Of a stretch of 64,000 nt of DNA, positions 8,581-18,657 are shown piece by piece. A model generated the notes under the pieces. The model was not told the origin of the DNA, did not search any database, and saw only the letters and a list, made by a program, of their open reading frames with translations. Numbering within the stretch: position 1 is the stretch's first letter; every line of letters begins with the position of its first letter. The translations under genes were made by a program, and so were the position numbers. This stretch comes from Nitrososphaerales archaeon (GTDB lineage Archaea > Thermoproteota > Nitrososphaeria > Nitrososphaerales > UBA213): positions 384,001 to 448,000 of the forward strand of contig CBDAOC010000020.1 in NCBI GenBank assembly GCA_965197925.1, given 5' to 3'.

Positions 8581-10683
8581 TTACTGCGTTCGAAACACAT
8601 GTGGCGATTTGCACGCGATACATCTGTTAATTATGTCCATACTTTTTTGTCCGCAGTTACCACAAATATACACATTCACCCTTGGTCTGAAAAATGTTAG
8701 CAAATCCGCCCCACTTTCAATAGCAGCCTTTACATCAATATCATTCATAGAATTGTTTATATCCATAATTACAGAAATGCCGCCGGTGAAGAGTTTTTCC
8801 ATTAGATTGCATTCCATTATTACCGCTGATTCCTTCTCCATTTTGAGGACATCGTCGGCAGAAATAACTATTCCCTGCGAATATAGGCTTTCGATATTGG
8901 TCTGAGAAGTCTTTCCGTACCTTTCTATGTCCAAAGCTGCAAACCTTGAGCCGCTGTCATCTGTAATCATCGATACCCCTACGTCATCCCCACTTTGTTT
9001 ACCCTTTTCAAATGCAACGTCTACTGATGTTTTAATGACCTTCTGAAGGACATCGATGTAAGTGTTGTCTTCGTGACGCAGAATCTTTGCAACAGACCCT
9101 TGTAAACCGGTCAAGTTTACAAACAGATTTGTGCTACCCCTCTGCATAAACTGTGTGCTATTTGCTATTGCCGGTATCAATCCTTTCCTAGTGAGATCAG
9201 TCAGTGCCTTTTTGCGAATGGAAAGCGCTGTAACCGTAGGCCTAATCAGAAGAGCAAGTCTTGCCCTAAAATAAGTTTCATCCTTATTTGAATCGTATGC
9301 TAGTCTGGGTAGATTGATCGTTAACGATTGTAGACAAATAATAGTGCTTGACGTTGGTCCTTTAAGATTCTTGGAAATTCCAGTACAGTTCCTAACATGA
9401 TTTGAATCACCTGTTAGTGTTATCAAACCCCCCGTCCGAACTATGGAAGCTATTCTATCTGCATAGTCATTTACGGTACTATTGCTATATGATAAATTTA
9501 GTCCAATTCTTGGTATTGGGGTTGCATAAACATAAGTTTCATATCCTTCAAGTAATGCATCGACCTGTTTTTTATCCGCATCATCAATCGCAAGATTCAA
9601 TGATGTGATTGGGTGTCTTTGGGTATAGGAAGTAGTGCTAGAGCCAATTAATAGAGCCTTTGCAAACTTGTTCGCTAGTGAGCCATCAAATTCGTACTTC
9701 CCAAGTAGAGGTATTATTCCATCTACGCATATTTCAGTGGAAATTTCCCTGCTTAGCAAATGATTCAATATTACAAAAGAATTACAAAAGTCATCTACAC
9801 TCTTAACAGAACCTATCCTCGATACGCCCAGATATTTGCCATTCAGGCTAATTCCCTCCTCTACAAGTTCATTGAACTCAATGAATATAGAATCAGGTAT
9901 TAGCCCCCACATGCCAGGGTTGGAAATATTTATGTCACCGGAGAGATGCGAGTCTGCAATATCCTTAGGTAGTACGTTGAAAATCAAGTATTCTGAAAAC
10001 AAATTCTGTGCAGTCTTCACAACCAGACTTTCGATGCCGTTGTTGAGCTCATCCACGTTATTTATCATCTGTATCACATCAAACACTGGCATGCCTATAC
10101 GTGCAAGTTTATTTCTATACTCGTCATGCCCGTGTTCAGTCAGAACTGAATTAACCATCTCCCTTATCAGAGGCGTAGTCAAATATGCAGTCTGGAACTT
10201 GTAGATCTTGTTTTCGACCTCTTCAGTTATCTTTTGCGCAAGTTCCAATGGAACATTGGCTTCCCTTACTAAAGACTGAATAATCTTATGAGAATTAAAT
10301 TCTTCAATAGACTGATTAGTGGTTCTAACATACATCTTTCCACTCTCAATTATGGAGCGTTCCTCGATCTGCCTAGCAAGGCTAAGAACCAATTTTCCCA
10401 AATTGGTTATTGTATAACGCCTTTCAGCCTTATTCAAGGCAACTAAAGACTGTCGAAGCAATTTGCGTAAATGATAAGCAAACTTTCCACTCTCCTTCTT
10501 TGACTTGAAACCTGCTAATGCCTTTAATTCCGAATAGGTCAGAGGACCCTTGGAATTTAATATGCGTAATATGTCAATCCTATTCGGACTTGCCATTACA
10601 GAAAAGATCATTCTTACCCGTTTGGAAGCTGAATGGAGAACATCTCCCTTCTTCGACTCTACGTAATCACTACTCATTACCAT
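8581..10683 (-). CDS. ArsR-type wHTH + ATP-cone + degenerate class III RNR (NrdD)-like fusion protein
   Basis: wHTH (SPNRIDILRIL..TYSEL..SGKFAYHLRKL); ATP-cone (VRTT..IEEF..KIIQSL..LIREMVNSVL); NrdD-like DAHLSGDI-type and TINLPRLA segments; C-terminal CGNC..CIAC with no RxxGY after it. Confidence 0.8.
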   Translation of the reverse strand: MVMSSDYVESKKGDVLHSASKRVRMIFSVMASPNRIDILRILNSKGPLTYSELKALAGFKSKKESGKFAYHLRKLLRQSLVALNKAERRYTITNLGKLVLSLARQIEERSIIESGKMYVRTTNQSIEEFNSHKIIQSLVREANVPLELAQKITEEVENKIYKFQTAYLTTPLIREMVNSVLTEHGHDEYRNKLARIGMPVFDVIQMINNVDELNNGIESLVVKTAQNLFSEYLIFNVLPKDIADSHLSGDINISNPGMWGLIPDSIFIEFNELVEEGISLNGKYLGVSRIGSVKSVDDFCNSFVILNHLLSREISTEICVDGIIPLLGKYEFDGSLANKFAKALLIGSSTTSYTQRHPITSLNLAIDDADKKQVDALLEGYETYVYATPIPRIGLNLSYSNSTVNDYADRIASIVRTGGLITLTGDSNHVRNCTGISKNLKGPTSSTIICLQSLTINLPRLAYDSNKDETYFRARLALLIRPTVTALSIRKKALTDLTRKGLIPAIANSTQFMQRGSTNLFVNLTGLQGSVAKILRHEDNTYIDVLQKVIKTSVDVAFEKGKQSGDDVGVSMITDDSGSRFAALDIERYGKTSQTNIESLYSQGIVISADDVLKMEKESAVIMECNLMEKLFTGGISVIMDINNSMNDIDVKAAIESGADLLTFFRPRVNVYICGNCGQKSMDIINRCIACKSPHVFRTQ

Positions 10684-10815
10684 TTATCCTCTTTATTATT
10701 TTTCTTTGATTAAAGTCACTTTGTAAAAAATCTTTAGCTATATTGGATAATAAGTTTATCTGTTTCAAGATTAAACGCGGCGAGCATCCATAATTTCTAA
10801 TAAATGAATAAAAAA

Positions 10816-11379
10816 CTACTCGTTTACAAGCATTATTTTCTCTTGTCTGATTCTCGATAGTGTAGGAATTTTTTCCATGCGTACCTCCAGGACTCTGATA
10901 TCCTCTTCCAGTATCTCTAAAATTGTGTCAGTAACGATTTTTTCACTAATTTCTTTTTCTATATTAAGTTCTGAAAGGGTGCCTGAGAGGGTATTAGATA
11001 AATTGGCAAATACCAATTTGGCAATAGGCATAATCTTACGAAGATCATGCTTAACATCATTTAAACTTCTGACTGTTGACTTCAAGGTAGTGTAAGATTC
11101 CTCATAATCCTTCAGAGTATCTATTCTTTGAGAAAGAGTTTCAAAAATGACCTTAAGATCTCTCAACATTCTACAGACTTTTCTGATGACCGTCAGCTCC
11201 TTTGTGAGTGTGTTTACATGAGTCCAGTTACCCCTGAACAGGTCTACCAATATCTGTTCCTGTAGATGCTCCTCAACTTCATTTAGCCTTACTTCTATAG
11301 ATAAAAGCTTGAGAGTCTTTTTGCGTATTGTATTACCCGCTTTCCTTAAACCATGATTGAAATATTGTTCGTCTCTGCA
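10816..11379 (-). CDS. Divergent Snf7/ESCRT-III (CdvB-like) protein; start uncertain, possibly frameshifted
   Basis: KELTVIRKVCRML..FETLSQRIDTL...TTL...MP follows the CdvB/Snf7 core pattern. The frame stays open upstream of the TTG at 11250 to 11379 with no in-frame ATG/GTG/TTG. Confidence 0.55.
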   Translation of the reverse strand, partial: CRDEQYFNHGLRKAGNTIRKKTLKLLSIEVRLNEVEEHLQEQILVDLFRGNWTHVNTLTKELTVIRKVCRMLRDLKVIFETLSQRIDTLKDYEESYTTLKSTVRSLNDVKHDLRKIMPIAKLVFANLSNTLSGTLSELNIEKEISEKIVTDTILEILEEDIRVLEVRMEKIPTLSRIRQEKIMLVNE

Positions 11380-11473
11380 TTATAAGAAAATGGAACATGT
11401 TTATGGTAAGGTTGATAGCTTGCTTTCGTCTACAATTAACTACATTTGATTTACCCGCGTAAATATAAGTGTA

Positions 11474-11635
11474 TTAGATCCTCTTAACAGAGACGCTGAG
11501 GTTTGTAGCAGAAAGGGTCTTACCGCAAAATGGACATTTGTTGTTATTACTTCTTAGTACATCCTTTACAGGTTTCAGAATGCGCATTGTATGAATAAGA
11601 GCATTACATTTTCCACATGTCAATTCTAAAGTCAT
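11474..11635 (-). CDS. Small Zn-ribbon protein (53 aa)
   Basis: CGKC...CPFC pair; ATG at 11635 gives MTLELTCGKC. Confidence 0.7.
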   Translation of the reverse strand: MTLELTCGKCNALIHTMRILKPVKDVLRSNNNKCPFCGKTLSATNLSVSVKRI

Positions 11636-12297
11636 GTTTGCTCTTTTATTGTGAACCAATAAAAAGTTAGATTTGAATTATATTTGATTAAAATGATAAA
11701 ATGAACAAACTTGACTATTATCAATTTGTCATTGGACAAAATGAGGTAATTAGCCTAGAATAATGAAAATAAACTTCTCGATTGAATTTTAGGAAACAGG
11801 AAGAATGACAGTACGAGAAGAAATTGATTTAGGAAATATTGAACATTTTTGATAAATAAGAACATCATGTGATTTGCTCAACAAAATGGCGAAGTCATTA
11901 GTATTTATGACAAGATGATTTCTACCTATCGGTCAGTAAAGACATAGCCAATGTAAATCTAATTTAAGGAACCACTTCAAACATGTTCCGAAAATGACGT
12001 TTTCCTTACGAGTTCAGTTAAAAAGTAAACATGGTGATGAAATATTGAATCTTGATGGTTAAGCATGGGTTATGTAAACAGGGTCCTAAATATTCTATCG
12101 CAAACTCTAACATACACTTGGGATGTGGTTTCCATCCGAATGACTCGTCTCAAGCGAACTAAGTTCCTAGTATAATAAATACCCAAATCATTTTAATCAA
12201 AATTCTCTTAGTAAGGAAATTTAATAGTCAACTTTAGTAACCTAACTAATCGACAAATTAAAAAATATTTATAACTAGATATTTGGGCCAGTATATT

Positions 12298-12768
12298 ATG
12301 AAAGTTCTTAATGCAAGTCCAGGTTTTGGGTCTCCTATGACCGAAGACCAAGTAGAGCATTTTCTGTCAACTAGCAAATTGAATTTGATATTAGGTACTT
12401 TGGACGAGAAGGGCGATCCAAATTTGCATCCTACTTGGTATTATTATGATAAAAACAAGATCTACGTTGAGACAAGTAAAATTTCCAAAAAGGTGCAGAA
12501 TATGAAAAAGAAGAGCATTGTTTATTTTTGTATTGACGACGAGACGATTCCGTACAAGGGAGTTCGTGGTAAAGGCAAGGTTAGAATTTCTGAGGATGTA
12601 ATGAGCAACATACCGATTGCTGAGAAGATAATGATCAAGTATACAGGAAGTCTTGATAATAAAGTAGCAAAGTTTCTTATGAACGCCGTAAATGATGGGT
12701 TCTCAGTGATACTGGAAATAACACCAATTTACTATTCAACGTGGGATTATAGTCTGATGGATATTTGA
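12298..12768 (+). CDS. Pyridoxamine 5'-phosphate oxidase-like (FMN/F420-binding split barrel) protein
   Basis: LGTLD..G.P.LHPTWY, SKKVQNM, YKGVRGKG; likely start ATG 12298. Confidence 0.85.
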   Translation: MKVLNASPGFGSPMTEDQVEHFLSTSKLNLILGTLDEKGDPNLHPTWYYYDKNKIYVETSKISKKVQNMKKKSIVYFCIDDETIPYKGVRGKGKVRISEDVMSNIPIAEKIMIKYTGSLDNKVAKFLMNAVNDGFSVILEITPIYYSTWDYSLMDI

Positions 12769-13459
12769 GTAGCCTCTTTATCCTGCGAATGATTTCTTAT
12801 ACCATTGTTATTAATATTTTCTAATGTAATAGGCATACTTTGTGTTAATCAAAAATTTAGAAGATTTTTTGGTAATATTGGTAAATTGTCTTTTACCACA
12901 ATTTCCTATTTTATTGTCCTTATACTTGATTAAAAGAATTACTGATTATCAATATTTTCAAAGAATTCAACACTTGCTTACCACTATACTAAATATTCAT
13001 GTCGAGGGATTCAAAGTATGACTATGTCTAGACCAAGTCATGTCGGTAATAATTTACTAAAAAAATGAAGTATAAAAATGAACTGTTAAATGAGTATGGA
13101 ATAGTGAGACCAACTTATTTTTTTCCCTTGCAATCCTAACAAAGGTTGTCTAGACTAATTCAACTATTAGATTCGATAATTATCAAAACATGCATCGAGC
13201 ATAATGTACTTTCATAGATAATTTGTTTAACTGAACCAGATGCACAATGAGAATAAATCATAAATTAGATAAAAGTTGCATTGGCCAGTTGAAGTAGATC
13301 CTAAGAATCGCAAAATAACTAAAAATGTGAGGTATGTATTGCAACAAGTCTTTCTTATTCGATAAAACTAGGTATATTATTTCTATTCTCATCCATTCTA
13401 GAACTTACAAATTAAGAGGTATTGAAGCGCACATATTGACATTACTTACATTTACTATA

Positions 13460-13822
13460 TTACGGAAGGGAAAGTACAATTCCCCTTTCATCATAGTTGA
13501 CCACAATCACTTTTGTGTTAATTGGTAAATTCTTCGGAGAATCTATTCCAGGTAAGAGACCAGAAATATTGAAGCCTGCATCCAATTTTACTACTACCCA
13601 AGCATACGGTTTGTATTTTTCATATTCTTCCGGAGCAACATTCTGTATCGAATATGTGATTATCTTCCCCTCACCTTTCACCTGTGTAGCGTCTAGTTCC
13701 TGTGAGCTACATTTGTTACAGAAGATAGTTGTTGCTATTTGCAAGTTACTACATCTCTTGCATTTATAAGCTAGGACCTTTCCGTTCCTCAATTCTGCCA
13801 CAAACCGTTCCCTATTGATCAA
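13460..13822 (-). CDS. DUF35-type Zn-ribbon/OB-fold thiolase partner
   Basis: CKRC..CNKC followed by OB-fold G.G.I.TYS; directly downstream of the thiolase. Confidence 0.9.
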   Translation of the reverse strand: MINRERFVAELRNGKVLAYKCKRCSNLQIATTIFCNKCSSQELDATQVKGEGKIITYSIQNVAPEEYEKYKPYAWVVVKLDAGFNISGLLPGIDSPKNLPINTKVIVVNYDERGIVLSLP

Positions 13823-13825
13823 TTC

Positions 13826-14983
13826 TTAGACCCTGCTGAATATGTGAACAGCGCAGCTAGCACCGGTTGCACCAAAGTTATGTGTCATTCCAATTTCGGG
13901 CTTCATAATTTGTCTTCTGCCAGCTCTTCCAAGTAATTGTTCATACACTTCAACTACTTGGCCAATGCCGGTTGCGCCTATTGGGTGACCCTTTGACTTG
14001 AGACCTCCAGATGGGTTTATAGTAACCTCGCCTTGGTTCAATTTCGTTAAGCCTTCTCTAACGGCCATCGCCGCAGACCCCTTTTCAAAGAATCCAAGAT
14101 CTTCTATATTAATCAACTCCGCAATAGTGAAACAATCATGAACTTCTGCAAAATCAATATCTTTCGGAGTAATGTTTGCTTGTTTGTATGCTTCTTGCAC
14201 GGCAGCTCTAGTGCTAGGAATTGTTGTAAGGTCCTCTCTTCCCTGAAGAGCAGCGGGAGAAGCTCCCCTCCCAGAACCGATTACATTTACAAAATCTGCC
14301 TTGTTCTTCTTTGCAAAATCTTCCGTACAAAGTAAAACTGCACTAGCTCCGTCTGAAAACGGGCAACAGTCAAGTAATTTTAGGGGGCTTGCTACTACTG
14401 GGGAGTTCATTACATCATCAACCGAGAGCTTTTTCTGTATGTGAGCTTTTGGATTCAAAACCCCATGATCATGATTCTTCACTGCGACCATTGCCAGATC
14501 TTCTTCAGTTGCCTTGAACTTCGTCAAATAGGCTCTTGCTATAGATGCAAATAATCCTGGGAATGACACGCCGCTCCCTCCTTCATATAAAAAGTCAGAA
14601 CAGTATGAAAATAACGTCGTTGACCTTCCCGTTCCAGTATGTGTTACCTTTTCTACGCCTACAGCTAAAACAACATCGTAAAACCCAGCTGCAACGTTAG
14701 CGTAAGCCTCTCTAAAGGCAATCGATCCACTCCCACATGCTGATTCTATGGTCAAACCAGGGACATAAGGTATGCCCAAATTGCTCATCACCATAGGAGC
14801 CAAGTGTACCTGATTGTCTGCCACGCCAAAAACGTTTGAGATGAAGCCATAATGAATATCCTTAGGTTCGATGTTTGCACTCTTGATAGCATCGTTGGCA
14901 GCATTTACAGCAAGATCAACAACATTTTCTTTCAATTTACCATACATTGTGCTACCAGCACCCATAACACAAACTTTGTTCAT
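13826..14983 (-). CDS. Thiolase (acetyl-CoA C-acetyltransferase, archaeal/SCP2-type)
   Basis: ESACGSG, EVHDCFT, NPSGGLKSKGHPIGATG. Confidence 0.95.
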   Translation of the reverse strand: MNKVCVMGAGSTMYGKLKENVVDLAVNAANDAIKSANIEPKDIHYGFISNVFGVADNQVHLAPMVMSNLGIPYVPGLTIESACGSGSIAFREAYANVAAGFYDVVLAVGVEKVTHTGTGRSTTLFSYCSDFLYEGGSGVSFPGLFASIARAYLTKFKATEEDLAMVAVKNHDHGVLNPKAHIQKKLSVDDVMNSPVVASPLKLLDCCPFSDGASAVLLCTEDFAKKNKADFVNVIGSGRGASPAALQGREDLTTIPSTRAAVQEAYKQANITPKDIDFAEVHDCFTIAELINIEDLGFFEKGSAAMAVREGLTKLNQGEVTINPSGGLKSKGHPIGATGIGQVVEVYEQLLGRAGRRQIMKPEIGMTHNFGATGASCAVHIFSRV

Positions 14984-15075
14984 GACGATGCGGTTTTTGA
15001 AGCCACATAAAAATGTAGAGAGTAATTTATCTTGTAGTCTAAAACTCTATTAATCGTAGTCTGAAGAAAATAAGC

Positions 15076-17133
15076 ATGTTAGGAATGAAGAATTATACCC
15101 TTACCATATGCGAGAAACCGTCAACGGCAAGAAAGATTGCAAAGGCAATTGCTGAAGATGATTTTAGGGAGGTGTGGATAGAGGGTATACGAGTGTATAT
15201 TGCAAAGAAAAAGGGAAAAACTTTTCTCATTTGTTATTCGTTTGGGCATCTATTCAAACTAAATGATCCTACAAGAAATAGACATGTTTATCCTATATTC
15301 GAAGTAGAATGGGTGCCTTTAGAAAAAATAAAGATTAAAAAGATAATTACAGTGATAAGGAAGCTTGCTAATTACGCTTCGGAATTTGTTAATGCATGTG
15401 ATTTTGATCAGGAAGGCGAAGTAATTGGTTATAATATTCTAAAGAATGTTTGTGGTAACAAACATGAAAAAGCATACAGGGCAAAGTTTGCAACACTCAC
15501 AGAAGAGGACATCAAAAATGCATTTAAAAGAATGAGGGTAGTGAACAGTGTTGGATTAGCTAATGCTGGAAGGACAAGGCATGTACTTGACTACATTTAT
15601 GGGATCAACCTATCAAGAGCACTTTCTGAATCCATATACAGTACTAAAAAACAGTTCAGAAATTTATCCATTGGGAGAGTACAGGGACCAACACTCTCAT
15701 TTGTTTTTGAAAAGGAGATGAAGATTAGGACATACGTTCCAATACCGTACTGGCAGGTAAAATCGAAATTTAAGGAAGAAGGTAAGGAATTTGATATACA
15801 CTATAAAAAGGAAAAGATTATGAAGATTGAAGAAGCAAGAAAGATCGTATCCGAATGTAAGGGGCAAAATGGTAAAGTTACTGAGATCAGACATAAAAAA
15901 ACAGAACAACAATCCCCTGTACCTTTCAATCTTGGTGATTTACAGAAAGAAGCTTACAGATTATTTGGATTTAGTCCTAGTTTAACGTCATCGATTTCGG
16001 AACGATTGTATTTGGATGCGTTGATTTCTTATCCTAGAACTTCTAGCCAAAAGCTTCCAAGATCAGTAAATTGCAAAACGATAATCGAGAAATTGAGGAG
16101 GATAGACCTTTATACAGAATTATCAACAAGAATTTTGAAGGGAAAGTTAATCCCTCACGAAGGAGCCAAGGACGATTCGGCTCATCCTGCAATATACCCA
16201 ACTGGAGAAGGGGATATACGAAAGTTGGAGAGTGAAGAATGGAAAATATACGATCTGATAGTGAAAAGATTTTTTGCTACTTTTGGTAGCCCAGCATTAA
16301 GAGAAAATACAAGGATTGTGATAAACGTAGACGGTTACAAATTCATAGCAAAGGGTAGAACAACAACTCATTTAGGTTGGACGTCATATTACAAACCATA
16401 TTTTAACCTAGTAGATATTGAGTTACCACGAATGAATATAAATGATATTGTTAGAATGTTGGGAATTAAAAATGTGGAAAAACATATTCCGCCTCCAATT
16501 CGTTTCAACCAAGCAAGCTTGGTAGAGAAGATGGAGGAAGAGGGAATAGGGACTAAAGGAACTAGGGCTCAAATTGTTAGCACACTAATTGAACGAGGAT
16601 ATGTTAAAGGAAAGAATATTGAGATTACAGACTTGGGTTTTGTAGTGATAGAAGTAATGCAAATTTACATGCCTTATATCATAGGAACAGAACTTACTAG
16701 AACTATTGAGAGACAGCTTGAAAATATATCGCAAGATAAAATTGATGAAAAAAAAGTAATCCAGGATACGATTAGATTGTTGACCAACTCATTAGACGTT
16801 TTTAGATCTAACGAAAGAAAAATTGGAAAAGAAATCAGTGATGTAATTGCAAACACAAGTTATGCACAAAAGCAATTAGATTCCTGTCCACTATGTACTG
16901 ATGGTGTATTGCATATAATAAGGTCACGGCAAACCGGAAAAAGATTCATTGGTTGTTCAAACTATGAAAAAGGATGTAGGGCCTCAATGCCTTTGCCACA
17001 ATCTGGAATTATAGGCTTTACAATGAACAAATGTTATTTATGCAAATGGCCTGTATTACTTGTAAAAATAAAAAACAGTTATGTATGGAAAATGTGTGTG
17101 AATATACACTGTCATACTAAAAAGATAGGATAG
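15076..17133 (+). CDS. topA: DNA topoisomerase IA
   Basis: TOPRIM CEKPS..ACDFDQEGE, GRVQGPTL, catalytic ISYPRT, AHPAIYPT, C-terminal Zn ribbons. Confidence 0.95.
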   Translation: MLGMKNYTLTICEKPSTARKIAKAIAEDDFREVWIEGIRVYIAKKKGKTFLICYSFGHLFKLNDPTRNRHVYPIFEVEWVPLEKIKIKKIITVIRKLANYASEFVNACDFDQEGEVIGYNILKNVCGNKHEKAYRAKFATLTEEDIKNAFKRMRVVNSVGLANAGRTRHVLDYIYGINLSRALSESIYSTKKQFRNLSIGRVQGPTLSFVFEKEMKIRTYVPIPYWQVKSKFKEEGKEFDIHYKKEKIMKIEEARKIVSECKGQNGKVTEIRHKKTEQQSPVPFNLGDLQKEAYRLFGFSPSLTSSISERLYLDALISYPRTSSQKLPRSVNCKTIIEKLRRIDLYTELSTRILKGKLIPHEGAKDDSAHPAIYPTGEGDIRKLESEEWKIYDLIVKRFFATFGSPALRENTRIVINVDGYKFIAKGRTTTHLGWTSYYKPYFNLVDIELPRMNINDIVRMLGIKNVEKHIPPPIRFNQASLVEKMEEEGIGTKGTRAQIVSTLIERGYVKGKNIEITDLGFVVIEVMQIYMPYIIGTELTRTIERQLENISQDKIDEKKVIQDTIRLLTNSLDVFRSNERKIGKEISDVIANTSYAQKQLDSCPLCTDGVLHIIRSRQTGKRFIGCSNYEKGCRASMPLPQSGIIGFTMNKCYLCKWPVLLVKIKNSYVWKMCVNIHCHTKKIG

Positions 17134-17153
17134 ATGTCGTTTGGTGAATTATT

Positions 17154-17966
17154 TCATTTCTTGAGATATTTGGAATAAATGTCATTACGTCTATTTTTTA
17201 ATAATGGTAATTTTTTCCTAACAATGTTAGTTAGATTATTATCCAACTTTACAACTTCCATTCCCTCTCTTTCCTCCATATCCAAAATTATTCTTCCAAA
17301 TGGATCTACCACCATACTGTGTCCTACATAGGTGTTACCTATTTGGTTTGGCGCTACCACATAGCATCCATTTTCTATTGCCCTTGCTTTTAGCATTGTT
17401 TCCCAATGTGAGATTTTCATGTCCCCTTCCACCCATGCAGATGGCATTACTAGAACATTTGCGCCCATCAAAGTTAGAAGCCTTGCCATTTCAGGAAAAC
17501 GAACGTCGTAACATATCATGATACCAACAATACCTATGTTGGTTCTAATTGGTTTTACCAGTTCCTTTCCCGGAACAATTTTGGCAGATTCCCTGAAGCC
17601 CAGCGCATCATAAAGATGCAATTTTCTATAGATAGTAGAAATTTTGCCATTTTTGTCAATCAACAATGCGGTGTCGTAAACTCTGTCTTTTGTTCTACTT
17701 TTTTCATAGATAGTAGCTATAACACTTATAACATTCTCTTTCGCTTCTTTTTTCAATGTTGACACAAAGTCTCCATTGATAGTTTCCGCTATTAATGCAA
17801 GTTCATTAGCACCTTGACTCGATGGAGAGTATGCCATTAAAAACTCAGGGAAAGCAATAAGTTCGGCCTTATTAGCTCTCGCTTCTCTTATGAATTTGAT
17901 TACAAATTTCTGATTTTCATTCTTTTGCTTAGATGCCTTCAGCTGTACAAGTGCTACTCTACTCAC
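17154..17966 (-). CDS. Carbon-nitrogen hydrolase (nitrilase superfamily, Nit1-like)
   Basis: FPE, YRKLHLYD, ICYDVRFPE triad; likely start GTG 17966 (VSRVALVQL). Confidence 0.9.
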   Translation of the reverse strand: MSRVALVQLKASKQKNENQKFVIKFIREARANKAELIAFPEFLMAYSPSSQGANELALIAETINGDFVSTLKKEAKENVISVIATIYEKSRTKDRVYDTALLIDKNGKISTIYRKLHLYDALGFRESAKIVPGKELVKPIRTNIGIVGIMICYDVRFPEMARLLTLMGANVLVMPSAWVEGDMKISHWETMLKARAIENGCYVVAPNQIGNTYVGHSMVVDPFGRIILDMEEREGMEVVKLDNNLTNIVRKKLPLLKNRRNDIYSKYLKK

Positions 17967-18035
17967 ATAACAATAAAGTTTGAATTTAGATAAAAAGTTT
18001 TGAAAAGTTTCAAATAAAAAGAAAGAGATTAAAGG

Positions 18036-18470
18036 TTGGAAAAGTATGAATGGGTAGTGAGAGATCTCCAAGAATTAGTGAAGCTTCTTAAGGAAAAGGC
18101 TGAAGCAAATCTTGTCCTACTAATTGCATATGACAGTATTCATCTTAATTCGAAGAATGGGCAAAACACAATTTACGTTCTAGAAGTTGATAGTATTAGT
18201 CACGCTAGCGGAGGGAGAGTGGGAGGTTTTGGCCAAAGAAAATTCAAGAAAGTTTATGGTTTTAATTACCAAAACGGAATATGTGAGAAAATTCTTGAAA
18301 CTACTGAAAATCTAGACGATCTTAACCCTGGTTATGTAGTTAGATTGCCAATCGAGTTGCCTGATGGAGAGGAGTTGATGGCATCCTGTTCCATTGATTC
18401 ATTGTTAGTAGAGGAATGCAATAAAAAGTTTGAAAAAATATTATCAAAAAATGCTTTAAAAAAATGTTAG
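18036..18470 (+). CDS. Hypothetical protein
   Basis: 144-aa ORF with protein-like composition, divergent from the nitrilase gene. Confidence 0.7.
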   Translation: MEKYEWVVRDLQELVKLLKEKAEANLVLLIAYDSIHLNSKNGQNTIYVLEVDSISHASGGRVGGFGQRKFKKVYGFNYQNGICEKILETTENLDDLNPGYVVRLPIELPDGEELMASCSIDSLLVEECNKKFEKILSKNALKKC

Positions 18471-18657
18471 GGGAAAATTCAAATTATGTTAGATGTGGGA
18501 TTGAGAGTTACTTTATATGCGATAGATATACAAAACCCAAAAAAATGGAAGAACTTGAGGAAATAGATTTTTGGTGTATAATCAACAATTCGTTTGAACA
18601 TACAGATATTAATGTTATTCTCAATGAAATCTGACCATTTTAATTTAATATCGGCTC

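Noticed and set aside
12034..12090. Second box C/D candidate (GTGATGA...TTGA...CTAA)
   Set aside because: C' and D boxes are poor and there is no CTGA.
17967..18071. Long N-terminal extensions in the ORF track (nitrilase; also TFS, M24 peptidase, YjbQ, pyrH, DegT)
   Set aside because: Most overlap neighbouring genes or promoters and none resembles its family; downstream starts were used.
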